Notes under the pieces: model-generated
The model's input: only the letters and a program-made list of their open reading frames with translations
Told to the model about the DNA's origin: nothing
The model's database searches: none
Part shown: positions 10,270 to 19,852 of the stretch, one piece after another
Position numbering within the stretch: position 1 is the stretch's first letter
Layout of the letters: every line of letters begins with the position of its first letter
Position numbers and translations under genes: made by a program
From: Acidimicrobiia bacterium
GTDB taxonomy: Bacteria > Actinomycetota > Acidimicrobiia > Spongiisociales > JAENVV01
Direction: 5' to 3'
Assembly (NCBI GenBank): GCA_041577335.1
Contig: JBFGJH010000023.1
Coordinates: 1 to 40,590, forward strand
Length of the DNA: 40,590 nucleotides

Positions 10270-10815
10270 CCCGCGAGCCGGTGTCCGTCGAGGTCGGTGC
10301 GGGATGGCGACGGGGTGCTCTCGATGCGATCGGCTTGCTTCGCTTTGTCAGTTCAGCCGGGTGGCAACTGGTTCGATGAGCGGTGTTGTGTCGAGCACAT
10401 CAGTTGGAGCGCCGCCCAACCCCCTCGTTTCAGGGTTCGATGAGGGTGATCCGCACCCGCCGGGCGGCCGGGCCAAGGTCCTCGGAACCGCAGGACGAGC
10501 TCGAGCGTGCCATGCCGCCGACAGGGGTGAACCCTCGATCGAGCGGCGTCGTCGCGCTGCGGAGATTCGTGCCGGGTCGTGTTTCTGGAGGTGGCCTTCC
10601 CTCGCTGGCCCGCCTGGAGGTTGATCGTGTCGGCCTGGGAATCTGTTAGCGTGACGCCAGCCACGTCGGGTGGAGGCCAGCGATCACGTCGCTTCCCCGG
10701 CGGATCACGGCAGCACGTTCTCACCGGTTGGACTGCCTCTTCGGCCGACACTCGATCCTGTCCATTCCTGGGCGCGCGGTCGAGTGAGATACGCCAAGAC
10801 AGGAGAAGTCACGCC

Positions 10816-12258
10816 GTGACCACCACCTTTGCCCAGCTCGGGCTGCCCGAATCGATCATCAATGCGCTTGCCCGTCGCGGGATTGTCGAGACCTTCCCCA
10901 TTCAGGCTGCGTCGATTTCCGACGCGCTCGCCGGGAACGACATCTGCGGGGAAGCCCCCACCGGGTCGGGGAAGACCCTTGCCTTTGGCCTGCCGCTGCT
11001 GGCCCGGATCGATCGCGGACGGTCGCGTCGACCCCGAGGCCTGGTCCTTGCGCCGACGAGGGAACTCGCCGACCAGATCGTGCAAGAACTCGCCCCGCTC
11101 GGCCAGGCGGCTTCCCGGCAGGTCGTGGCCGTGTACGGAGGCGTCGGGTACGGACGCCAGAAGTCGGCTCTTCGCCGCGGCGCAGATGTGGTCGTTGCCA
11201 CTCCCGGACGTCTGGAGGACCTCATGCAGCAGGGCTCGATCGATCTCGGTGACGTCGATGTGGTGGTGTTGGACGAAGCTGATCGCATGGCCGACATGGG
11301 ATTCCTTCCAGCAGTTCGACGCATCCTCGATGCGATCCCCCGTGACCGCCAGACACTGCTGTTCTCGGCGACGCTCGACGGTGATGTCGCTGTGCTCAGC
11401 CGGACCTATCAGCGAAGTCCGATCAGCCATGAGGCAGAGGCCGTTGCCGACGAGAGTCCACGCGCCAGCCACCACTTCTGGCTCGTTCACCACCATGACA
11501 GGACCCGCTACACGGCAGATGTCATCGCAGCCGAAGGGCAGTCGATCGTGTTCACCAGGACCCGCCACGGCGCTGACCGTGTGGCCAAGCAGCTCGGAAA
11601 GGTCGGAGTCGTCGCAGTGGCTCTCCACGGAGGACGGTCGCAGAACCAGCGGACGAGAGCACTCGAGGCGTTCGCGGCGGGGCGAGCCTCGGCTCTGGTC
11701 GCTACCGACGTTGCGGCCCGGGGCATTCATGTTGACGCCGTTGCTGCCGTTATTCACTACGACCCCGCCGGCGACGCCAAAGACTATCTCCACCGTTCGG
11801 GTCGCACCGCTCGAGCCGGTCGGGTTGGGAAGGTCGTCACCTTCGCCACCGATGTCCAGCGTCGCAAGATCCATGCGATGGCGAAACAACTCAAACTCGA
11901 CGCCGTGTTCGAGAAGCCGAAGGAGGCGCTCGACCGGGCGCAGGACGGGCAAGGGGTGGGCGCCGCCGCCGGGTCGGGGCAAGAATCGGGCGACTCCGAT
12001 CGATCGCAATCCGTCTACGTCGCCAACCTGCCATGGAGGGTGACCGGCGACGACCTCCGGGCGCACTTCAGTCCCTACGGCCCCGTCCACCAGAGCACGG
12101 TGATCACCGACCGCAGAACAGGGCGATCCCGTGGCTTCGGGTTTGTGGATATGGATCCGGCGGATGCCGAAAGGGCTGTACAGCAACTCGGTGGATCGGA
12201 CCTGTGCGGTCGCCTTCTGACTGTGCGCCTCGCTCGCCCTGCCCGTGTCGGGCGCTGA
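10816..12258 (+). CDS. DEAD-box RNA helicase with a fused C-terminal RRM domain
   Basis: Q motif FPIQ, APTGSGKT, PTRELA, TPGR, DEAD, SAT, ARGI, HRSGRTAR; C-terminal VYVANL...RGFGFVDM. GTG 10816 follows AGGAG. Confidence 0.95.
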   Translation: MTTTFAQLGLPESIINALARRGIVETFPIQAASISDALAGNDICGEAPTGSGKTLAFGLPLLARIDRGRSRRPRGLVLAPTRELADQIVQELAPLGQAASRQVVAVYGGVGYGRQKSALRRGADVVVATPGRLEDLMQQGSIDLGDVDVVVLDEADRMADMGFLPAVRRILDAIPRDRQTLLFSATLDGDVAVLSRTYQRSPISHEAEAVADESPRASHHFWLVHHHDRTRYTADVIAAEGQSIVFTRTRHGADRVAKQLGKVGVVAVALHGGRSQNQRTRALEAFAAGRASALVATDVAARGIHVDAVAAVIHYDPAGDAKDYLHRSGRTARAGRVGKVVTFATDVQRRKIHAMAKQLKLDAVFEKPKEALDRAQDGQGVGAAAGSGQESGDSDRSQSVYVANLPWRVTGDDLRAHFSPYGPVHQSTVITDRRTGRSRGFGFVDMDPADAERAVQQLGGSDLCGRLLTVRLARPARVGR

Positions 12259-12345
12259 GCGCGCGACCATGGAGTCAAGGACTAGTCCTTTGAGGAGGAT
12301 CACTGAAAGCCCGGCGCGAGCTCGACCGCGATCTGTGGCAAACGG

Positions 12346-12810
12346 TCAGCCGACCGCCTTCTTGACGAGGGCGACGATTTGTTTCTCGACCGCCGGGTTC
12401 AGTTCGGTCAGCGCAAACGACGTAGGCCACATGGCACCGTCGTCGAGGTTGGCTGCGTCCTGGAAGCCGAGCGTGGAGTAGCGCGCCTTGAACTTGCCCG
12501 CGTCCTGGAAGAAGCAGACGACCTTGCCGTCCCGCGCGTAGGCAGGCATGCCGTACCAGGTCCTGGGTGTCAGCTCGGGTGCGGCCTTCGTGATGATCTC
12601 GTGGAGTCGCTCCGCCAGGATGCGGTCCGCATCGGCCATCGCCGAGATCTTCTCCAGCACCGCGGCGGTGCCGTCGACCTTCTTCCCGCCTTTGGCGGCC
12701 TTCGTCTCCTTGGCGCGCTCCTTCATGGCGGCGCGCTCCTCTGCGGAGAAGCCTTCAGCGTCTGTGTCCGACTGCGTGCTGCCCTTGGCCGATTTGCTTG
12801 CGGGTGCCAT
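12346..12810 (-). CDS. DUF1801 (YdhG-like) domain protein
   Basis: FSAEERAAMKERAKE, PRTWYGMPAYA, FFQDAGKFKARYSTLGF, MWPTSFAL; GGAGG RBS before ATG 12810. Confidence 0.85.
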   Translation of the reverse strand: MAPASKSAKGSTQSDTDAEGFSAEERAAMKERAKETKAAKGGKKVDGTAAVLEKISAMADADRILAERLHEIITKAAPELTPRTWYGMPAYARDGKVVCFFQDAGKFKARYSTLGFQDAANLDDGAMWPTSFALTELNPAVEKQIVALVKKAVG

Positions 12811-13167
12811 CCGACCTCCTTCAGTGAGCTTGCCATCCGGGATGGCGCCCATCCCCTGAACGTGACATTGCCGGTCCCCGGCCCAACAGTCAAGAGACGA
12901 CCGTCACCCCACACGGCAGATGTCACCGGCTAGCTCCGGAGCGGACCCGACGTCACACGTCGTCTACTGAGAACCGGCTTGATCGATGGATTGGTCGAAA
13001 CAGGGAAGCACGATCTTCAGCGACGCGCTGGACCGAGGTGGTACGGACGGCGTCTCTCGGAGCCGGCGCCCTCTCCCGGCTCATGGCTTTCATAGCCATG
13101 ACGCCTCCGCATGCGCGGGCGGCGCCTCGAATCGTCTATGCGTGTCGGATCGGGACGATGCGAAGAC

Positions 13168-13623
13168 ATGGATGACATGAGCGAATCAGTCCGTCAGCGT
13201 GTCAGGGACATTCTCGAGCCCTTCATGGCTCAATTCGCATTCGAGATCGAGCCCGGCGCCAGCGATGCCGAGATAGACGACGAGTGTGATCGTCTTCGCT
13301 TGGAGCGATTGCCGGCAGCCGTTGACGAGTTCTAGCGTGTCTGGGGCGCCCCAGGCGGGCCAGCTCGAGAAGCGTTCTGTGGCGAGGATCCGCTCAGCGT
13401 GGACGCCATGCTGAATCACGGGTGGCACTCACCAAGAGTTGCCCGGATGTGGGGAGCCAGCCTGGAGATGGTGGCAGGCGCTGTCCCACATGCGGCTGGC
13501 GACTCGGGGATGACGTGGTTGCAGGCGCCGAACCTGGGCAGCCCGCTGGACCCGGATGATCTCGAGATCCGGTGGGCCTTGGAGAGTCACGCGGTCGGTC
13601 GGCACGAACTTGCGCGCCGCTAG
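13168..13623 (+). pseudogene. Interrupted SMI1/KNR4 (SUKH)-like gene
   Basis: GASDAEID...RL.LERLPAAVDEF*RVWG resembles the SMI1/KNR4 N-terminal motif; in-frame TAG at 13333-13335; the same frame continues to another TAG at 13621-13623. Confidence 0.45.
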
Positions 13624-13762
13624 ACACCGAACGAGGGGGATCAGTCCTTGGGACGGATTCCCCTCGTCGTATGGCTCCGTGCCGCGCGGCCGCGAAACGT
13701 GGTGTTCTCACCTCCGAACAAAGGCCGGCTCGGGGCGGCCGGTAACGATACGGGTCTCTGCG

Positions 13763-14272
13763 TCAGACCGTCGCCGCACGTCGGCACGATATTCGCGGCC
13801 CATCGACGAGGGTCTGTAGGACCACGCAGTGGCGCTCAGTGGTGGCAACCAGCTCGTCGAGCACGGAAGGCGGGGCGTCGGATACCAGGTCGAACGAGAG
13901 CCGGATCTCCCCGAATCCGACCGCTACCGAGCGGTCGGTCCCCAAGGTCCCGCGTACATCGAGGTCTCCCTCCGCCCGCACCTCTCCCGTCACGTCGACG
14001 CCTCGGTGCACCGCCACGGCACGCATGGTGACGCCGGCGCAGGCGACGAGCGCTTGCAGCAGCATGTCGCCCGAGCACAGTGCTGTTCCGTCCCCGCCGG
14101 TCGACGGGTGCAGGCCGGCTCTTGCGAGCGCACGCCCGGTCTGCACGCTGCACGCAACACCCTCAGCGTCTAGCGCGCCACGTGCCTCGAGGGTGATGAT
14201 TGCCGTATCGGGTGCGGCCCGGTATTGGTCTTTGAGCGGGCCCTGTATCGCCCGCAGCTCGTCGCCGCGCAT
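13763..14272 (-). CDS. OsmC-family protein
   Basis: GLHPSTGGDG..LCSGDMLLQALVACAGVT, GDLDVRGTLG, TERHCVVLQTL. Confidence 0.9.
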   Translation of the reverse strand: MRGDELRAIQGPLKDQYRAAPDTAIITLEARGALDAEGVACSVQTGRALARAGLHPSTGGDGTALCSGDMLLQALVACAGVTMRAVAVHRGVDVTGEVRAEGDLDVRGTLGTDRSVAVGFGEIRLSFDLVSDAPPSVLDELVATTERHCVVLQTLVDGPRISCRRAATV

Positions 14273-14285
14273 CTCGAGACCGTCT

Positions 14286-14561
14286 CTACGCGCGAGCCGT
14301 TGTCGGATCGATCACGGTGTGAACCGTGCTGATCGTGTCGCACGGAAAGCCGCCGACCTCGGCGTGCTCTCGAACGCTGTCTGGGCCGTCAGCGATGTAG
14401 ACGCAGTAGAGCTTGTCATCGGTGACATAGGACTCCAGCCATTGAGCCCGGCCGGACATCCCGGAAAGGACGTCGACCGACTTGCGTGAGATTGCTTGCA
14501 GCTCGGGGCCCGTCAGCGCACCGGCTCCCGGAAGCTCGCGCTCGATCACGTATTTGGGCAT
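14286..14561 (-). CDS. DUF4242 (SCO4226-like) small protein
   Basis: MPKYVIERELPGAG, WLESYVTDDKLYCVY.A, REHA..GGFP; GGGAGG RBS. Confidence 0.85.
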   Translation of the reverse strand: MPKYVIERELPGAGALTGPELQAISRKSVDVLSGMSGRAQWLESYVTDDKLYCVYIADGPDSVREHAEVGGFPCDTISTVHTVIDPTTARA

Positions 14562-14688
14562 CACGCCTCCCTTTCTCTGCACCACACCCGATGTACGGTG
14601 TGTCCTACCAGACACTGTCCACTGAGATCCCTAGAAAGGCCATGACTGGATCACCCGGATACCTTGCCGAAACACCGGAGTTGGCCCG

Positions 14689-15684
14689 ATGACCGGGCAA
14701 CCGGAACTAGTCGAGGGAGGCCCATCCGAGCTCCGGGCCGCGCTCGAACGCCTGCGGCTCGGCGGAGCCATCTTTCTTCGGGCCGAATACACCGACGGAT
14801 GGTCGTACGAGTCACCTCCAGCCGAGGACCTCATCGGGCTGCTCCAGCCCGACGCCCGACAACTGATCCTGTTCCACATCGTTGCGCGGGGAGGCTGCTG
14901 GATCGAAATCGACGGCGGGGAGCGGCATTGGGCGTCGGAGGGCGACGTGATCGTGCTTCCATATGCGGATCGGCACCGCATGGGCGGCTCCTCCGCTGCT
15001 CCATCTGTTCCCATCGCATCGCTTCTCGACCCTCCTCCTTGGGACCGGCTGCCGGTTATTCGCCATGGTGACGGAGGCCCGCGGACCGACATCGTCTGTG
15101 GTTACTTGCACTCTGTCGATCCGTTGTTCGACCCCGCTATGCAGGCGCTGCCCCCGGTTTTCGTCGTCCGTCCGTCGAGCGTCGCCTCTCAGTGGGTCAG
15201 GGCATCTATCGACTATGCGCTCGAGCACGCCGCCCCACCCGCCAGTGTTTCGGACAGCGCGGTTGCCACTCGACTGCCGGAGCTACTGCTCATCGAGATC
15301 CTCCAACAGCATCTCTCCACGGCACCGGCGGGCGATCAAGGGTGGCTCGCGGCCCTCCACGATCCCATTCTGGCTCCGGCGATGTCGCTCATCCATCGAC
15401 ACCCCGAGCGGAAATGGACCGTTTCCGAACTGGCAGGAGAGGTCGCTGTTTCCCGATCAGTGCTCGACGATCGCTTCCGGCGGATCCTGGGAAGATCGCC
15501 GATCCGCTACTTGGCCGACTGGCGCATCCACCTGGCGCGAGATCTCCTCGCCAACACCGAGGTCACTGTCGGAGCCATCGCAGCCCGAGTGGGCTATGAC
15601 TCCCAGGAGGCATTCAGTCGCGCCTTCAAACGGGCGTCGGGGAGCGCCCCTAGTCGCTGGCGGGACCTGCGGCGGTCCCGCTGA
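14689..15684 (+). CDS. AraC-family regulator with N-terminal cupin domain
   Basis: FHIVARGGCW, GDVIVLPYADRH, IVCGY; WTVSELA...VSRS and VGYDSQEAFSRAFKR HTH motifs. Confidence 0.92.
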   Translation: MTGQPELVEGGPSELRAALERLRLGGAIFLRAEYTDGWSYESPPAEDLIGLLQPDARQLILFHIVARGGCWIEIDGGERHWASEGDVIVLPYADRHRMGGSSAAPSVPIASLLDPPPWDRLPVIRHGDGGPRTDIVCGYLHSVDPLFDPAMQALPPVFVVRPSSVASQWVRASIDYALEHAAPPASVSDSAVATRLPELLLIEILQQHLSTAPAGDQGWLAALHDPILAPAMSLIHRHPERKWTVSELAGEVAVSRSVLDDRFRRILGRSPIRYLADWRIHLARDLLANTEVTVGAIAARVGYDSQEAFSRAFKRASGSAPSRWRDLRRSR

Positions 15685-16221
15685 CGCGGTGCACAAATTG
15701 TCAAGCCCAACGATGCCAGGGGCGCCGTCTATCTTCCGGCACGCGGTCGAGAGGTGCTTCCACACGGTCGAGGTCGCTGCCCCATGCACGCGCGCACCGT
15801 CCATCGGAGGCAACGTTTGCGCCCAGATCGGCGCGCCGCCATTCCTGGCGAGAACTCTCCGAAGGACACATTGACGAAACCGAACCAACAATCCCCACGT
15901 CGTCGGATGTGGACACCGAATACCGGTTTGCTTCTTCGCCGGCAGCCGTGATCGTGAGAGGTGATGAGAATGTGCGGCCGAGCCGGGTCGCATCCGGTGA
16001 TCTGCCAGCATCAGAAGCTGTTGAGCCTAGGTCGAGGCGGCGGATGATGATTCGGTGACAGCGCCGAAAGGCTTCTGGCGACGCAGATCGCGGGCAGTTG
16101 CAGCGACCTTGTGCAACCCGTATCCTTCCCGCAGGTCGGTGGACCGGAGTGGCTGAATGCCACTGTGGCGCTCATTTCCGACCCGGGGCGCCGGCCTCCC
16201 TTTAGAAAGGATGGCCAAACG

Positions 16222-17346
16222 ATGCGTTACGTGAGGCTTCTCGCGTCGCTCTGTGCCTTGGCGCTAGTGGCTGCTGGGTGTGGTGGCGACGATTCTTCCG
16301 CAGAGAGTGCTCCGACAGGATCTGACGTCGAGCAGGTCTTTTTCATTTTGGACTGGGTACCTAAGGGGCAGACCGCTCCATTCTTCGTGGCTCTCGACAA
16401 GGGGTTTTGGGCCGATCGCGGCCTCGCTGTTCAGATGACGCGAGGTTACGGGTCGGGCGACACGTCCGACCGGATCGGTATCGGGGAAGGGGACTTCGGA
16501 TTCGCCGACGCAGGCGTTGTCATGAACAAGGTGAGCCAAGGACTGCCGTTGGTTGAGATCGCGGCAATTGCCTCCACGGTGCCCGTTGCGGCCTACATCG
16601 ACCCGGCAGCCGGCGTTATGAACCCTCAAGACATGGTGGGGCTCAAGGGTGCAGTAGATGCCGGAGACGGGAACGACAACACCTTCAAGGCGTGGGCGCC
16701 TTCGGTCGGAATCGCATACGACGATATCGACTGGCAGTACACCGATGGCGCCAACATCACTTCTGTGGCGTCCGGACAGGCGGATTTCGTGATGGACTGG
16801 ATCACGAACATTCCAGAGTGGTGGCTGGCGGATCCACCGATTGAGCCCGACATCCAGTGGATCGGCTATGACATCGGCGTCTACGGTAGCGGCCTCATCA
16901 CCCGTCCCGAGGTTTTGGAGTCGAAGCCTGACGTTGTGCAAGCCTTTGTGGAAGGCGCAATGGCCGGGTTCGAATACGTGATCGAGGGTGGGCCCGAGGC
17001 CCGCGAAGAGGCCATAGACATCCTTTTCAAGTACAACCCGGAGATCGCCGAGCAGCCCAACGCGCGTGAATTCCACTCGGGGAATCTGGATTTGTTCCTG
17101 ACGTTGATGCTGACTGACGAGGTTCGTGATGGCGGGCTCGGGTACTACGAACCCGAGAAGCTGGACCTCACCCTCGACTTCATGAACGAGTTCCTGATCG
17201 AGGGGCCCGATGTGACGGCCGACGATGCGTTCGCCAACCTGGTCGATGAGGGTCAGGTCAAAATCGACAACTTCGATGAGGCACTTGAGTCTCTCGAGAT
17301 GGTGCTGGGCCGGCCCAACCCGCTCATGCCGTACATCCAGCCGTAA
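16222..17346 (+). CDS. ABC transporter substrate-binding lipoprotein, NMT1/THI5 (NitT/TauT) family
   Basis: Lipobox-like VAAGC; LDW.P....PFFVALDKGF....GL.V....G.GS; YGSGLI; start ATG 16222. Confidence 0.88.
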   Translation: MRYVRLLASLCALALVAAGCGGDDSSAESAPTGSDVEQVFFILDWVPKGQTAPFFVALDKGFWADRGLAVQMTRGYGSGDTSDRIGIGEGDFGFADAGVVMNKVSQGLPLVEIAAIASTVPVAAYIDPAAGVMNPQDMVGLKGAVDAGDGNDNTFKAWAPSVGIAYDDIDWQYTDGANITSVASGQADFVMDWITNIPEWWLADPPIEPDIQWIGYDIGVYGSGLITRPEVLESKPDVVQAFVEGAMAGFEYVIEGGPEAREEAIDILFKYNPEIAEQPNAREFHSGNLDLFLTLMLTDEVRDGGLGYYEPEKLDLTLDFMNEFLIEGPDVTADDAFANLVDEGQVKIDNFDEALESLEMVLGRPNPLMPYIQP

Positions 17347-17357
17347 GACCAACGGGC

Positions 17358-17392
17358 GAGGAGGCGCCACACACCCTGTGTGGCGCCTCCTC
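17358..17392 (+). repeat. Perfect 16-bp inverted repeat between the SBP and ATPase genes (likely mRNA-stabilising or attenuating stem-loop)
   Basis: gaggaggcgccacaca-ccc-tgtgtggcgcctcctc; no U-tract. Confidence 0.8.
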
Positions 17393-17420
17393 TGCCCCAT
17401 AACACTGAAGGCATCGCTCC

Positions 17421-18224
17421 ATGGGAATCCGCCTCGACGCGATAAGCAAGGTCTTCGAGACCGAGGACCTCACGGTGGAGGCGTTACGTGGCGTGTCAGC
17501 GGTCGTCAACGACAACGAGTTCGTCAGCATCATTGGGCCCAGTGGGTGCGGCAAGAGCACGTTGCTCCGTCTCATCTCGGGCCTGACACCACCAACGCAG
17601 GGTTCGGTCTTTCTCGATGGCGTCGAGGTTGATGGACCGATGGGCAACATCGGGTTCGTGTTTCAGGCACCGACCTTGCTCAAGTGGCGGACCGTCTTCA
17701 AGAACGTGATGTTTCCGTATGAGGTACTCGCTTCGCAGCGGAAGGCACCCGCAGGGAAACAAGAGTTCGAAGAGAGGGCGCGCAAGCTGCTGAAGATGGC
17801 AGGCATTGAGGAGTTCACAGATGCCTATCCGAAACAGCTGTCGGGTGGTATGCAGCAGAGAGTCTCGATTTGTCGTGCGCTGATCCACGATCCCACTCTC
17901 CTGCTCATGGACGAACCCTTCGGCGCGCTCGACGAGTTCACTCGTGAGCGGATGAATGAAGAACTGCTCCGCATCTGGCATGAGACGACCAAGACCGTTG
18001 TGTTCGTCACCCATCACATTCCGGAGGCGGTCTTCCTCTCGGACCGGGTGTTCGTCATGTCACGCCGCCCCGGAACGATCCTGGGTGAGGTGACGATTGA
18101 TCTTCCGAGACCCCGGACTCCGAAGATGCGTGAGAGCGTTGAGTTTCTCGACCGGGTCGTCGAGACTCGCCATCTGATAGGCCTCGGCTCGGGGGCCGAG
18201 CTCCTGAGCGAAGATCCGGCGTAG
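17421..18224 (+). CDS. ABC transporter ATP-binding protein (NitT/TauT family)
   Basis: GPSGCGKST, LSGGMQQR, LLMDEPFGALD, VTH. Confidence 0.96.
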   Translation: MGIRLDAISKVFETEDLTVEALRGVSAVVNDNEFVSIIGPSGCGKSTLLRLISGLTPPTQGSVFLDGVEVDGPMGNIGFVFQAPTLLKWRTVFKNVMFPYEVLASQRKAPAGKQEFEERARKLLKMAGIEEFTDAYPKQLSGGMQQRVSICRALIHDPTLLLMDEPFGALDEFTRERMNEELLRIWHETTKTVVFVTHHIPEAVFLSDRVFVMSRRPGTILGEVTIDLPRPRTPKMRESVEFLDRVVETRHLIGLGSGAELLSEDPA

Positions 18225-19043
18225 ATGACGACCGATCTCGACACTGCGGCACCGCCATCCGAAGAACCAGTACCAGTTCAACCCGGACGCAGCGTCGAGC
18301 GCATCCGAAAGTTCGTGGATCCAGCCGTGTTCGCCGTTCTGATCGTCATCGGCTGGCAAGTCGTCATTTGGATCTTCGATTTCCATCCAGTCGTTCTACC
18401 GCCGCCTTCTCGCGTGTGGACGGTTCTCAGCACGCAGGGCGATTTCCTCGTCGAGAGCATGCTCGACTCGTTGCGGACGATCCTGTGGGGCTTCTTCTAT
18501 GGGAGCCTTCTCGGATGGCTCGCCGGGGTTGCCATCACCTACTCACCAACCGTGCGCAAAGCAATCCATCCGATCCTGGTCTCGCTCTTTGTGGTGCCCA
18601 AGGCGATATTCCTTCCCCTCCTCATCATCTGGTGGGGCGTCGGTGGATTCCCCGATCACAAGATCGTCGTGACGATGCTCCTGGCGTTCTTCCCGGTAAC
18701 GGAAAACACGATTGCCGGCCTATCGGGCGTCGAGCGCGAGATGGTGGAGCTCAGTCGTTCACTGGGTGGCAGTTCCCTGTTCCTGTTCCGCAAGATCGCC
18801 CTGCCCTTCTCGATCCCGTTCGTGCTGGCCGGATTGCGGATCGCCATGACCGAGTCGTTCATCGGGACATTGTTTGTCGAGATCCTCGTACCCAATGAAG
18901 GCATCGGCTCGCGCATCGTCGACGCACAGGACGTGTCGAATACGCAATTCATCATCGCTGCGATCCTGGTCATAGCCATCTTCGGGCTGGCCGCCTATTT
19001 CCTGCTGCAGTGGATCGAACGGAGGCTGACGAAGTGGTACTGA
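18225..19043 (+). CDS. ABC transporter permease (NitT/TauT family)
   Basis: LPPPSRV, VPKA..LPL...W.G, FFPV, EAA-like loop. Confidence 0.92.
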   Translation: MTTDLDTAAPPSEEPVPVQPGRSVERIRKFVDPAVFAVLIVIGWQVVIWIFDFHPVVLPPPSRVWTVLSTQGDFLVESMLDSLRTILWGFFYGSLLGWLAGVAITYSPTVRKAIHPILVSLFVVPKAIFLPLLIIWWGVGGFPDHKIVVTMLLAFFPVTENTIAGLSGVEREMVELSRSLGGSSLFLFRKIALPFSIPFVLAGLRIAMTESFIGTLFVEILVPNEGIGSRIVDAQDVSNTQFIIAAILVIAIFGLAAYFLLQWIERRLTKWY

Positions 19044-19852
19044 GAAGCGATCCCGCCCTCAGGGCCCCCACGGCGTGGCTGCCCGCGGTGTTGCGTGGCC
19101 TCTGGAACGCCAAAGAGCTGATCCTCACGCTCTTCGCGGCGGTGCTGGTCTGGATCCTCCTTGTTGAATTCGGAGACTTCCACCCGATCGTGCTCCCGAC
19201 GCCGGCCGCAGTGGTGGGCGCACTCGTTGGCGACTGGAGCATCCTCGCGCGGGAGACACTGTGGTCCTTCTACGAGATGTTGCTGGGGTTCACCTTGGGC
19301 GGTTCTCTAGGGTTCCTGCTAGCGATCGGTATCTTCTATTCGCCGTTCCTGCACCGTGCTGTCTACCCGTTCGTGTTCGGATTTCGGGTCGTCCCGAAAG
19401 TTGCCTTCCTTCCTCTGTTCCTCGTGTGGTTCGGGATCGGCCTGACGGTCAAGGTGGTGATGGCCGGCACCGCTGTCTTTTTCCTCGTTTTGGTGCAGAC
19501 GCTGCTGGGGCTCATGACGGTCGACCCGAGCCTCGTGGAATTCGGCAAGTCACTGAAGATGAAAGAGGCGTCGTTGCTACGCCGCATCCGAATTCCTGCT
19601 GCACTCCCGGCCATGATGGTCGGTGTGAAGATGGGCATCACGTACGCGCTGACCAACGTCGTCGTCGCGGAAATGGTCGTGTCGACCAACGGGCTCGGGT
19701 TCCTCGTCGTCCGGGCACGCCAGCAGGCCAGAACCGACTCGATCATCGCGGTGATCATCGTGACTGCCGTGGTGGGAATCCTCGTCTATCAGCTTGGTCG
19801 CGCCGTCGAGAAGCGAACGACCTTCTGGTACTTCGAAGAACACAGCGGATAA
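19034..19852 (+). CDS. Second ABC transporter permease (NitT/TauT family)
   Basis: LPTPAAV, VPKVAFLPLFLVWFG, IPAALP, VVAEM...NGLG; GTG 19034 after GGAGG. Confidence 0.9.
   Translation: MVLRSDPALRAPTAWLPAVLRGLWNAKELILTLFAAVLVWILLVEFGDFHPIVLPTPAAVVGALVGDWSILARETLWSFYEMLLGFTLGGSLGFLLAIGIFYSPFLHRAVYPFVFGFRVVPKVAFLPLFLVWFGIGLTVKVVMAGTAVFFLVLVQTLLGLMTVDPSLVEFGKSLKMKEASLLRRIRIPAALPAMMVGVKMGITYALTNVVVAEMVVSTNGLGFLVVRARQQARTDSIIAVIIVTAVVGILVYQLGRAVEKRTTFWYFEEHSG

Noticed and set aside
12862..12926. Imperfect 12-bp inverted repeat upstream of the DUF1801 gene
   Set aside because: Long spacer, one bulge and high GC; not distinguishable from chance by eye.
15685..16221. TPP riboswitch or hammerhead ribozyme upstream of the NMT1/THI5-type SBP
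   Set aside because: No CUGAGA / CCUGAU TPP core. The UGAUGA...GAAA segment lacks correct hammerhead spacing and the UH cleavage site. A thiamine-salvage role is therefore unsupported.
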